Assembly (NCBI GenBank): GCA_009914755.4
Contig: CP068257.2
Span: 1,472,001-1,536,000 of the forward strand
Length of the DNA: 64,000 nt
DNA from: the human T2T-CHM13v2.0 reference genome, Homo sapiens
Reading direction: 5' to 3'
The notes below the pieces were generated by a model. The model had not been told where the DNA came from and ran no database searches. It saw only the letters and a list, made by a program, of their open reading frames with translations. Of the stretch, positions 14,201-29,900 are shown one piece after another. How positions within the stretch are numbered: position 1 is the first letter of the stretch; every line of letters begins with the position of its first letter. Made by a program: the position numbers and the translations under genes.

Positions 14201-17099
14201 TGAAAGTACATCAAATATATATTTTATTCTGTACATAAAATATCAAAGTACACCAGATATATATTCTATAGTGTACATAAAATATCAAAGTACCCAAACT
14301 ATACATTATATACTGTACATAAAATATGAGATTACATCAAATATATATTATATTAGGTACATAAAATATGAAAGTACATCAAATATAGATTATATACTGT
14401 ACATAATATATCAAAGTACCCCAAATATATATTATATACTCTACATGAAATATCAAAGTTCAAACACTATATATTATATACTGTACATAAAATATCAAAG
14501 TACCCAAGGTATGTATTCTATACTGTACAAAAAATATCAAAGTACCCAAAGCATGTATTATATACTGTACATAAAATATGAAAGTACATCAAATATATAT
14601 TTTATTCTGTACATAAAATATCAAGGAACACCAGATATATATTCTATAGTGTACATAAAATATCAAAGTACACAAACTATACATTATATACAGTACATAA
14701 AATATGAAATTACATCAAATATATATTAGGTACATAAAATATGAAAGTACATCAAATATAGATTATATACTGTACATAAAATATCAAAGTACCCCAAATA
14801 TATATTATATACTGTACATGAAATATCAAAGTTCACAAACTATATATTATATACTGTACATAATATATCAAAGTACCCAAGTTATATATTCTATACTGTA
14901 CAAAAAATATCAAAGTACCCAAAGCATGTATTATATACTGTACATAAAATATGAAAGTACATCAAATATATATTTTATTCTGTACATAAAATATCAAGGT
15001 ACACCAGATATATATTCTATAGTGTACATAAAATAACAAAGTACACAAACTATAAATTATATACTGTACATAAAATATGAAATTACATCAAATATATATT
15101 AGGTACATAAAATATGAAAGTTCATCAAATATAGATTATATACTGTACATAAAATATCAATGTACCCCAAATATATATCTTATACTCTACATGAAATATC
15201 AAAGTTCACAAACCATATATTGTATACTGTACATAAAATATCAAAGTACCCAAGGTATGTATTCTATACTGTACAAAAAATATCAAAGTACCCAAAGCAT
15301 GTATTACATACTGAACATTAAATATGAAAGTACATCAAATATATATTTTATTCTGTACATAAAATATCAAAGTACACCAGATATATATTCTATAGTGTAC
15401 ATAAAATATCAAAGTACCCAAACTATACATTATATACTGTAAATAAAATATGAAATTACATCAAATATATTTTATATTAGGTACCTAAAATATGAAAGTA
15501 CATCAAATATAGATTATATACTGTGCATTAAATACCAAAGTACCCGAAATATATATTTTATACTGTACATGAAATATCAAAGTTCACAATCTATATATTA
15601 TATACTGTACATAAATTATCAAAGTACCCAAGGTGTATATTCTATACTCTACAAAAAATATCAAAGTACCCAAAGCATGTATTATATACTGTACATAAAA
15701 TATGAAAGTACATCAAATATATATTTTATTCTGTACATAAAATATCAAAGTACACCAGATATATATTCTATAGTGTACATAAAATATCAAAGTACCCAAA
15801 CTATACATTATATACTGTACATAAAATATGAAATTACATCAAATATATTTTATATTAGGTACAAAAAATATGAAAGTACATAAAATATAGATTATATACT
15901 GTACATTAAATACGAAAGTACCCCAAATATATATTTTATACTGTACATGAAATATCAAAGTTCACAAACTATATATTATATACTGTACAAATAATATCAA
16001 AGTACCCAAGGTATATATTCTATACTGTACCAAAAATAACAAAGTACCAAAAGCATGTATTATATACTGTACCTAAAATATGAATGTACATCAAATATAT
16101 ATTTTATTCTGTACATAAAATATCAAAGTACACCAGATATATATTCTATAGTGTACATAAAATATCAAAGTACCCAAACTATACATTATATACTGTACAT
16201 AAAATATGAAATTACATCAAATATATATTATATTAGGTACATAAAATATGAAAGTACATCAAATATAGATTATATACTGTACATAAAATATCAAGGTACC
16301 CCACATATATATTATATACTCTACATGAAATATCAAAGTTCACAAACTATATATTATATACTGTACATAAAATATCAAAGTACCCAAGGTATATATTCCA
16401 TACTGCACAAAAAATTTCAAAGTACCCAAAGCATGTATTATATACTGTATATAAAATATGAAAGTACATCAAATATATATTTTATTCTGTACATAAAATA
16501 TCAAAGTACACCAGATATATATTCTATAGTGTACATAAAATAACAAAGTACACAAACTATAAATTATATACTGTACATAAAATATGAAATTACATCAAAT
16601 ATATATTAGGTACATAAAATATGAAAGTACATCAAATATAGATTATATACTGTACATAAAATATCAATGTACCCCAAATATATATTTTATACTCTACATG
16701 AAATATCAAAGTTCACAAACTATATATTATATACTATACATAAAATATCAAAGTACCCAAGGTATATATTCTATACTATACAAAAAGTATCAAAGTACCC
16801 AAAGCATGTATTATATACTGTACATAAAATATGAAAGTACATCAAATATATATTTTATTCTGTACATAAAATATCAAAGTACACCAGATATATATTCTAT
16901 AGTGTACATAAAATATCAAAGTACCCAAACTATACATTATATACTGTACATAAAATATGAAATTACATCAAATATATTTTATATTAGGTACATAAAATAT
17001 GAAAGTACATCAAATATAGATTATATACTGTACATTAAATACCAAAGTACCCCAAATATATATTTTATACTGTACATGAAATATCAAAGTTCACAAACT

Positions 17100-19700
17100 A
17101 TATATTATATACTGTACATATAATATTAAAGTACCCAAGGTATATATTCTATACTGTACAAAAAATAACAAAGTACCAAAAGCATGTATAATATACTGTA
17201 CATAAAATATGAAAGTACATCAAATATATATTTTATTCTGTACATAAAATATCAAAGTACACCAGATATATATTCTATAGTGTACATAAAATATCAAAGT
17301 ATCCAAACTATACATTATATACTGTACATAAAATATGAAATTACATCAAATATATATTATATTAGGTACAGAAAATATGAAAGTACATCAAATATAGATT
17401 ATATAGTGTACATAAAATACCAAAGTACCCCAAATATATATATTATACTGTACATGAAATATCAAAGTTCACAAACTATATATTATATACTGTACATAAA
17501 ATATCAATGTACCCAAGGTATATATTCTATACTGTACAAAAAATATCAAAGTACCCAAAGCATGTATTATATACTGTACATAAAATATGAAAGTACATCA
17601 AATATATATTTTATTCTGTAAATACAATATCAAAGTACACCAAATATATATTCTATACTGTACATAGAATATCAAAGAACCCAAACTATACATTATATAC
17701 TGTACATAAAATATGAAATTACATCAAATATATTTTATATTAGGTACATAAAATATGAAAGTACATCAAATATAGATTATATGCTGTACATAAAATAAAA
17801 AAGTACCCAAATATATATTATATACTGTACATGAAATACCAAAGTTCACAAACTATATATTATATACTGTACATAAAATATCAATGTACCCAAGGTATAT
17901 ATTCTATACTGTACAAATAATATCAAAGTACCCAAAGCATGTATTATATACTGTACATAAAATATGAAATTACATCAAATATATATTTTATTCTGTACAC
18001 AAAATGTCAAAGTACACCAAATATATATTGTATAGTGTACATAAAATATCAAAGTACCCAAGCTATACATTATATACTGTAAATAAAATATGAAATTACA
18101 TCAAACCTATATTATAATAGGTACATAAATTATGAAAGTACATCAAATATAGATTATATACTGTACATAAAATACCAAAGTACCCCAAATATATATTTTA
18201 TACTGTACATGAAATATCAAAGTTGACAAACTATATATTATATACTGTACATAAAATATCAATGTACCCAAGGTACATATTCTATACTGTACAAAAAATA
18301 TCAAAGTACCCAAAGCATGTATTATATACTGTATATAAAATATGAAAGTACATCAAATATATATTTTATTCTGTACATAAAATATCAAAGTACACCAAAT
18401 ATATATTCTATACTGTACATAAAATATCAAAGTACCCAAACTATACATTATATACTGTACATAAAATATGAACTTACATCAAATATATATTATATTAGGT
18501 ACATAAAATATGAAAGTACATCAAATATAGATTATATACTGTACATAAAATATCAAAGTACCCAAATATATATTATATACTGTACATGAAATATCAAAGT
18601 TCACAAACTATATATTATATACTGTACATAAAATATCAATGTACCCAAGGTATATATTCTATACTGTACAAAAAATATCAAAGTACCCAAAGCATGTATT
18701 ATATACTGTACATAAAATATGAATGTACATCAAATACATATTTTATTCTGTACATAAAATATCAAAGTACACCAAATATGTATTCTATAGTGTACATAAA
18801 ATATCAAATTACCCAAACTATACATAACATACTGTACATAAAATATGAAATTACATCAAATATATATTATATTAGGTACATAAAATATGAAAGTAACCCA
18901 AATATATATTATATACTGTACATGTAATATCAAAGTTCACAAACTATATATTATATACTGTACATAAAATATCAAAGTACCCAAGGTATATATTCTATAC
19001 TGTATAAAAAACATCAAAGTACCCAAAGCATGTATTATATACTGTACATAAAATATGAAACTACATCAAATATATATTTTATTCTGTACAAAAAATATCA
19101 AAGTACACCAGACATATTTTCTATAGTGTACATAAAATATCAAAGTACCCAAAGCATGTATTATATACTGTACATAAAATATGAAAGTACATCAAATATA
19201 TATTTTATTCTGTACATAAAATATCAAAGTACACCAGATATATATTCTATAGTGTACATAAAATACCAAAAGTACCCAAACTATACATTATATACTGTAC
19301 ATAAAATATGAAATTACATCAAATATATTTTATATTAGGTACATAAAATATGAAAGTACATCAAATATAGATTATATACTGTACATTAAATACCAAAGTA
19401 CCCCAAATATATATTTTATACTGTACATGTAATATCAAAGTTCACACACTATATATTATATACTGTACATAAAATATCAAAGTACACAAGGTATATATTC
19501 TATACTGTACAAAAAATATCAAAGTACCCAAAGCATGTATTACATACTGTATACAAAATATGAAAATACATTAAATATATATTTTATTCTGTACATAAAA
19601 TATCAAAGTACACCAGATATGTATTCTATAGTGTACATAAAATAACAAAGTACACAAACTATAAATTATATACTGTACATAAAATATGAAATTACATCAA
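17100..19700. repeat. Diverged zone of the same satellite, with a lower-identity, less regular HOR
   Basis: Unusual monomers occur here: tgtaaatacaatatcaaagtacaccaaatat, tgtacatagaatatcaaagaaccc, aataaaaaagtacccaaatatatatt (~17800), acctatattataatag (~18110) and gttgacaaac (~18220). There is an ORF gap at 17621-18317. ORF identities to neighbouring blocks are lower. Confidence 0.6.
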
Positions 19701-20899
19701 ATATATATTAGGTACATAAAATATGAAAGTACATCAAATATAGATTATATACTGTACATATAATATCAATGTACCCCAAATATATATTTTATACTCTACA
19801 TGAAATATCAAAGTTCACAAACCATACATTATATACTGTACATAAAATATCAAAGTACCCAAGGTATATATTCTATACTGTACCAAAAATATCAAAGTAC
19901 CCAAAGCATGTATTATATACTGTACATAAAATATGAAAGTACATCAAATATATATTTTATTCTGTACATAAAATATCAAAGTACACCAGATATATATTCT
20001 GTAGTGTACATAAAATATCAAAGTACCCAAACTATACAGTATATACTGTACATAAAATATGAAATTACATCAAATATATATGAGGTACATAAAACATGAA
20101 AGTATATCAAATATAGATTATATACTGTACATATAATATCAATGAACCCCAAATATATATTTTATACTCTACATGAAATATCAAAATTCACAAACCATAT
20201 ATTATATACTGTACATAAAATATCAAAGTACCCAAGGTATATATTCTATACTGTACAAAAAATATCAAAGTACCCAAAGCATGTATTATATACTGTACAT
20301 AAAATATGAAAGTACATCAAATATATATTTTATTCTGTACATAAAATATCAAAGTACACCAGATATATATTCTATAGTGTACATAAAATATCAAAGTACC
20401 CAAACTATACATTATATACTGTACATAAAATATGAAATTACATCAAATATATATTATATTAGGTACATAAAATATGAAAGCACATCAAATATAGATTATA
20501 TACTGTACATTAAATACCAAAGTACCCCAAATATATATTTTATACTGTACATCAAATATCAAAGTTCACAAACTATATATTATATACTGTACATAAAATA
20601 TCAAAGTACCCAAGGTATATATTCTATACTGCACAAAAAATATCAAAGTACCCAAAGCATGTATTATATACTGTACATAAAATATGAAAGTACATCAAAT
20701 ATATATTTTATTCTGTACATAAAACATCAAAGTACACCAGATATATATTCTATAGCGTACATAAAATATCAAAGTACCCAAACTATACATTATACACTGT
20801 ACATAAAATATGAAATTACATCAAATATATATTATATTAGGTACATAAAATATGAAAGTACATCAAATATAGATTATATACTGCACATAAAATATCAAA

Positions 20900-23680
20900 G
20901 TACCCCAAATATATATTATATACTCTACATGAAATATCAAAGTTCACAAACTATATATTATATACTGTACATAAAATATCAAAGTACCCAAGGTATATAT
21001 TCTATACTTTACAAAAAATATCAAAGTATCCAAAGCATGTATTATATACTGTATATAAAATATGAAAGTACATCAAATATATATTTTATTCTGTACATAA
21101 AATATCAAAGTACACCAGATATATATTCTATAGTGTACATAAAATAACAAAGTACACAAACTATAAATTATATACTGTACATAAAATATGAAATTTCATC
21201 AAATATATATTATATTAGGTACAGAAAATATGAAAGTACATCAAATATAGATTGTATACTGTACATAAAATACCAAAGTACCCCAAATATATATATTATA
21301 CTGTACATGAAATATCAAAGTTCACAAACCATATATTATATACTGTACATAAAATATCAAAGTACCCAAGGTATATATTCTATACTGTACAAAAAATATC
21401 AAAGTACCCAAAGCATGTATTATATACTGTACATAAAATATGAAACTACATCAAATATATATTTTATTCTGGACAAAAAATATCAAAGTACACCAGACAT
21501 ATTTTCTATAGTGTACATAAAATATCAAAGTACCCAAAGCATGTATTATATACTGTACATAAAATATGAAAGTACATCAAATATATATTTTATTCTGTAC
21601 ATAAAATATCAAAGTACACCAGATATATATTCTATAGTGTACATAAAATATCAAAAGTACCCAAACTATACATTATATACTGTACATAAAATATGAACTT
21701 ACATCAAATATATATTATATTAGGTACATAAAATATGAAAGTACATCAAATATAGATTATATACTGTACATTAAATACCAAAGTACCCCAAATATATATT
21801 TTATACTCTACATGTAATATCAAAGTTCACACACTATATATTATATACTGTACATAAAATATCAAAGTACCCAAGGTATATATTCTATACTGTACAAAAA
21901 ACATCAAAGTACCCAAAGCATGTATTATATACTGTACATAAAATATGAAAGTACATCAAATATATATTTTATTCTGTACATAAAATATCAAAGTACACCA
22001 GATATATATTCTATAGTGTATATAAAATATCAAAGTACCCAAACTATACATTATATACTGTACATAAAATATGAAATTACATCAAATATATATTATATTA
22101 GGTACATAAAATATGAAAGTACATCAAATATAGATTATATACTGTACATAAAATATCAAAGTACCCCAAAGATATATTATATACTCTACATGAAATATCA
22201 AAGTTCACAAACTATATATTATATACTGTACATAAAATATCAAAGTACCCAAGGTATATATTCTATACTGTACAAAAAATATCAAAGTATCCAAAGCATG
22301 TATTATATACTGTATATAAAATATGAAAGTACATCAAATATATATTTTATTCTGTACATAAAATATCAAAGTACACCAGATATATATTCTATAGTGTACA
22401 TAAAATAACAAAGTACACAAACTATAAATTATATACTGTACATAAAATATGAAATTTCATCAAATATATATTATATTAGGTACAGAAAATATGAAAGTAC
22501 ATCAAATATAGATTGTATACTGTACATAAAATACCAAAGTACCCCAAATATATATATTATACTGTACATGAAATATCAAAGTTCACAAACCATATATTAT
22601 ATACTGTACATAAAATATCAAAGTACCCAAGGTATATATTCTATACTGTACAAAAAATATCAAAGTACCCAAAGCATGTATTATATACTGTACATAAAAT
22701 ATGAAACTACATCAAATATATATTTTATTCTGGACAAAAAATATCAAAGTACACCAGACATATTTTCTATAGTGTACATAAAATATCAAAGTACCCAAAG
22801 CATGTATTATATACTGTACATAAAATATGAAAGTACATCAAATATATATTTTATTCTGTACATAAAATATCAAAGTACACCAGATATATATTCTATAGTG
22901 TACATAAAATATCAAAAGTACCCAAACTATACATTATATACTGTACATAAAATATGAACTTACATCAAATATATATTATATTAGGTACATAAAATATGAA
23001 AGTACATCAAATATAGATTATATACTGTACATTAAATATCAAAGTACCCCAAATATATATTTTATACTCTACATGTAATATCAAAGTTCACACACTATAT
23101 ATTATATACTGTACATAAAATATCAAAGTACCCAAGGTATATATTCTATACTGTACAAAAAACATCAAAGTACCCAAAGCATGTATTATATACTGTACAT
23201 AAAATATGAAAGTACATCAAATATATATTTTATTCTGTACATAAAATATCAAAGTACACCAGATATATATTCTATAGTGTATATAAAATATCAAAGTACC
23301 CAAACTATACATTATATACTGTACATAAAATATGAAATTACATCAAATATATATTATATTAGGTACATAAAATATGAAAGTACATCAAATATAGATTATA
23401 TACTGTACATAAAATATCAAAGTACCCCAAAGATATATTATATACTCTACATGAAATATCAAAGTTCACAAACTATATATTATATACTGTACATAAAATA
23501 TCAAAGTACCCAAGGTATATATTCTATACTGTACAAAAAATATCAAAGTACCCAAAGCATGTATTATATACTGTATATAAAATATGAAAGTACATCAAAT
23601 ATATATTTTATTCTGTACATAAAATATCAAAGTACACCAGATATATATTCTATAGTGTACATAAAATAACAAAGTACACA
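20900..23680. repeat. Two tandem copies plus a partial third of a 1261-bp super-repeat (about 30 monomers, including a truncated HOR in which monomer A is followed directly by H)
   Basis: ORF pairs at offset 1261: 21252 = 22513, 21307 = 22568 (129 aa, identical) and 21920 <-> 23181 (1 aa difference). The sequence from 20941 equals that from 22202 apart from about 1 difference per 400 bp. The diagnostic accagacatattttctatag monomer is at ~21490 and ~22750. Confidence 0.8.
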
Positions 23681-23949
23681 AACTATAAATTATATACTGT
23701 ACATAAAATATGAAATTACATCAAATATATATTAGGTACATAAAATATGAAAGTACATCAAATATAGATTATATACTGTACATATAATATCAATGTACCC
23801 CAAATATATATTTTATACTCTACATGAAATATCAAAGTTCACAAACCATATATTATATACTGTACATAAAATATCAAAGTACCCAAGGTATATATTCTAT
23901 ACTATACAAAAAATATCAAAGTACCCAAAGCATGTATTATATACTGTAC

Positions 23950-26900
23950 ATAAAATATGAAAGTACATCAAATATATATTTTATTCTTTACATAATATAT
24001 CAAAGTACACCAGATATATATTCTATAGTGTACATAAAATATAAAAGTACCAAAACTATACATTATATACTGTACATAAAATATGAAATTACATCAAATA
24101 TATATTATATTAGGTACATAAAATATGAAAGTACATCAAATATAGATTATATACTGTACATAAAATATCAAAGTACCCGAAATATATATTATATACTCTA
24201 CATGAAATATCAAAGTTCACAAACTATATATTATATACTGTACATAAAATATCAAAGTACCCAAGGTATATATTCTGTAATGTACAAAAAATATCAAAGT
24301 ATCCAAAGCATGTATTATACACTGTATATAAAATATGAAATTACATTAAATATATATTTTATTCTGTACATAAAATATCAAAGTACACCAGATATATATT
24401 CTATAGTGTCTATAAAATTACAAAATACACAAACTATAAATTATATACTGTACATAAAATATGAAATTACATCAAATATATATTAGGTACATAAAATATG
24501 AAAGTACATCAAATATAGATTATATACTGTACATATAATATCAATGTACCCCAAATATATATTTTATACTCTACATGAAATATCAAAGTTCACAAACCAT
24601 ACATTATATACTGTACATAAAATATCAAATTACCCAAGGTATATATTCTATACTGTACAAAAAATATCAAAGTACCCAAAGCATGTATTATATACTGTAC
24701 ATAAAATATGAAAGTACATCAAATATATATTTTATTCTGTACATAAAATATCAAAGTACACCAGATATATATTCTATAGTGTACATAAAATATCAAATTA
24801 CCCAAACTATACATTATATACTGTACATAAAATATGAAATTACATCAAATATATATTATATTAGGTACATAAAATATGAAAGTACATCAAATATAGATTA
24901 TATACTGTACATAAAATATCAAAGTACCCAAATATATATTATATACTCTACATGAAATATCAAAGTTCACAAACTATATATTATATACTATACATAAAAT
25001 ATCAAAGTACCCAAGGTATATATTCTATACTGTACAAAAAATATCAAAGTACCCAAAGCATGTATTATATACTGTACATAAAATATGAAAGTACATCAAA
25101 TATATATTTTATTCTGTACATAAAATATCAAAGTACACCAGATATATATTCTATAGTGTACATAAAATAACAAAGTACACAAACTATAAATTATATACTG
25201 TACATAAAATATGAAATTACATCAAATATATATTAGGTACATAAAATATGAAAGTACATCAAATATAGATTATATACTGTACATAAAATATCAAAGTACC
25301 CCAAATATATATTATATACTGTACATGAAATATCAAAGTTCACAAACTATATATTATATACTGTACATAAAATATCAAAGTACCCGAGGTATATATTCTA
25401 TACTGTACAAAAAATATCAAAGTACCCAAAACATGTATTATATACTGTACATAAAATATGAAAGTACATCAAATATATATTTTATTCTGTACATAAAATA
25501 TCAAAGTACACCAGATATATATTCTATAGTGTACATAAAATAACAAAGTACACAAACGATAAATTATATACTGTACATAAAATATGACATTACATCAAAT
25601 ATATATTAGGTACATAAAATATGAAAGTACATCAAATATAGATTATATACTGTACATAAAATATCAATGTACCCCAAATATATATTTTATACTCTACATG
25701 AAATATCAAAGTTCACAAACCATATATTATATACTGTACATATAATATCAAAGTACCCAAGGTATATATTCTATACAGTACAAAAAATATCAAAGTACCC
25801 AAAGCATGTATTTTATACTGTACATAAAATATGAAACTACATCAAATATATATTTTATTCTGGACAAAAAATATCAAAGTACACCAGACATATTTTCTAT
25901 AGTGTACATAAAATATCAAAGTACCCAAAGCATGTATTATATACTGTACATAAAATATGAAAGTACATCAAATATATATTTTATTCTGTACATAAAATAT
26001 CAAAGTACACCAGATATATATTCTATAGTGTACATAAAATATCAAAAGTACCCAAACTATACATTATATACTGTACATAAAATATGAACTTACATCAAAT
26101 ATATATTATATTAGGTACATAAAATATGAAAGTACATCAAATATAGATTATATACTGTACATTAAATACCAAAGTACCCCAAATATATATTTTATACTGT
26201 ACATGTAATATCAAAGTTCACACACTATATATTATATACTGTACATAAAATATCAAAGTACCCAAGGTATATATTCTATACTGTACAAAAAACATCAAAG
26301 TACCCAAAGCATGTATTATATACTGTACATAAAATATGAAAGTACATCAAATATATATTTTATTCTGTACATAAAATATCAAAGTACACCAGATATATAT
26401 TCTATAGTGTATATAAAATATCAAAGTACCCAAACTATAAATTATATACTGTACATAAAATATGAAATTACATCAAATATATATTATATTAGGAACATAA
26501 AATATGAAAGTACATCAAATATAGATTATATACTGTACATAAAATATCAAAGTACCCCAAAGATATATTATATACTCTACATGAAATATCAAAGTTCACA
26601 AACTATATATTATATACTGTACATAAAATATCAAAGTACCCAAGGTATATATTCTATACTGTACAAAAAATATCAAAGTACCCAAAGCATGTATTATATA
26701 CTGTATATAAAATATGAAAGTACATCAAATATATATTTTATTCTGTACATAAAATATCAAAGTACACCAGATATATATTCTATAGTGTACATAAAATAAC
26801 AAAGTACACAAACTATAAATTATATACTGTACGTAAAATATGAAATTACATCAAATATATATTAGGTACATAAAATATGAAAGTACATCAAATATAGATT

Positions 26901-29900
26901 ATATACTGTACATATATTATCAATGTACCCCAAATATATATTTTATACTCTACATGAAATATCAAAGTTCAGAAACCATATATTATATACTGTACATAAA
27001 ATATCAAAGTACCCAAGGTATATATTCTATACTGTACAAAAAATATCAAAGTACCCAAAGCATGTATTATATACTGTACATAAAATATGAAAGCACATCA
27101 AATATATATTTTATTCTGTACATAAAACATCAAAGTACACCAGATATATATTCTATACTGTACAAAAAATATCAAAGTACCCAAAGCATGTATTATATAC
27201 TGTACATAAAATATGAAATTACATCAAATATATATTATATTAGGTACATAAAATATGAAAGCACATCAAATATAGATTATATACTGTACATTAAATACCA
27301 AAGTAACACAAATATATATTTTATACTGTACATCAAATATCAAAGTTCACAAACTATATATTATATACTGTACATAAAATATCAAAGTACCCAAGGTATG
27401 TATTCTATACTGTATAAAAAATATCAAAGTACCCAAAGCATGTATTATATACTGTACATAAAATATGAAAGTACATCAAATATATATTTTATTCTGTACA
27501 TAAAATATCAAAGTACACCAGATATATATTCTATAGTGTACATAAAATATCAAAGTACCCAAACTATACATTATATACTGTACATAAAATATGAGATTAC
27601 ATCAAATATATATAATATTAGCTACATAAAATATGAAAGTACATCAGATATAGATTATATACTGTACAAAAAATATCAAAGTACCCCAAATATATATTAT
27701 ATTCTCTACATGAAATATCAAAGTTCACAAACTATATATTATATACTGTACATAAAATATCAAAGTACCCATGGTATATATTCTATACTGTACAAAAAAT
27801 ATCAAAGTACCCAAAGCATGTATTATATACTGTATACAAAATATGAAAATACATTAAATATATATTTTATTCTGTACATAAAATATCAAAGTACACCAGA
27901 TATGTATTCTATAGTGTACATAAAATAACAAAGTACACAAACTATAAATTATATACTGTACGTAAAATATGAAATTACATCAAATATATATTAGGTACAT
28001 AAAATATGAAAGTACATCAAATATAGATTATATACTGTACATATAATATCAATGTACCCCAAATATATATTTTATACTCTACATGAAATATCAAAGTTCA
28101 CAAACCATACATTATATACTGTACATAAAATATCAAAGTACCCAAGGTATATATTCTATACTGTACGAAAAATATCAAAGTACCCAAAGCATGTATTATA
28201 TACTGTACATAAAATATGAAAGTACATCAAATATATATTTTATTCTGTACATAAAATATCAAAGTACACCAGATATATATTCTATAGTGTACATAAAATA
28301 TCAAAGTACCCAAACTATACATTATATACTGTACATAAAATATGAAATTACATCAAATATATATTAGGTACATAAAATATGAAAGTATATCAAATATAGA
28401 TTATATACTGTACATATAATATCAATGTACCCCAAATATATATTTTATACTCTACATGAAATATCAAAATTCACAAACTATATATTATATACTGTACATA
28501 AAATATCAAAGTACCCAAGTTATATATTCTATACTGTACAAAAAATATCAAAGTACCCAAAGCATGTTTTATATACTGTACATAAAATATGAAAGTACAT
28601 CAAATATATATTTTATTCTGTAAATAAAATATCAAAGTACACCAGATATATATTCTATAGTGTACATAAAATATCAATGTACCCAAACTATACATTATAT
28701 ACTGTACATAAAATATGAAATTACATCAAATATATATTATATTAGGTACATAAAATATGAAAGCACATCAAATATAGATTATATACTGTACATTAAATGC
28801 CAAAGTACCCCAAATATATATTTTATACTGTACATCAAATATCAAAGTTCACAAACTATATATTATATACTGTACATAAAATATCAAAGTACCCAAGGTA
28901 TATATTCTATACTGTACAAAAAATATCAAAGTATCCAAAGCATGTATTATATACTTTATATAAAATATGAAAGTACGTCAAATATATATTTTATTCTGTA
29001 CATAAAATATCAAAGTACACCAGATATATATTCTATAGTGTACATAAAATAACAAAGTACACAAACTATAAATTATATACTGTACATAAAATATGAAATT
29101 ACATCAAATATATATTAGGTACATAAAATATGAAAGTACATCAAATATAGATTATATACTGTACATATAATATCAATGTACCCCAAATATATATTTTATA
29201 CTCTACATGAAATATCAAAGTTCACAAACCATATATTATATACTGTACATAAAATATCAAAGTACCCAAGGTATATATTCTATACTATACAAAAAGTGTC
29301 AAAGTACCCAAAGCATGTATTATATACTGTACCTAAAATATGAAAGTACATCAAATATATATTTTATTCTGTACATAAAATATCAAAGTACACCAGATAT
29401 ATATTCTATACTGTACATAAAATATCAAAGTACCCAAACTATATATTATATACTGTACATAAAATATGAAATTACATCAAATATATTTTATATTAGGTAC
29501 ATAAAATATGAAAGTACATCAAATATAGATTATATACTGTACATTAAATACCAAAGTACCCCAAATATATATTTTATACTGTACATAAAATATCAAAGTT
29601 CACAAACTATATATTATATACTGTACATATAATATCAAAGTACCCAGGGTATATATTCTATACTGTACAAAAAATAACAAAGTACCAAAAGCATGTATAA
29701 TATACTGTACATAAAATTTGAAAGTACATCAAATATATATTTTATTCTGTACATAAAATATCAAAGTACACCCGATATATATTCTATAGTGTACATAAAA
29801 TATCAAAGTACCCAAACTATACATTATATACCGTACATAAAATATGAAATTACATCAAATATATATTAGGTTCATAAAATATGAAAGTACATCAAATATA

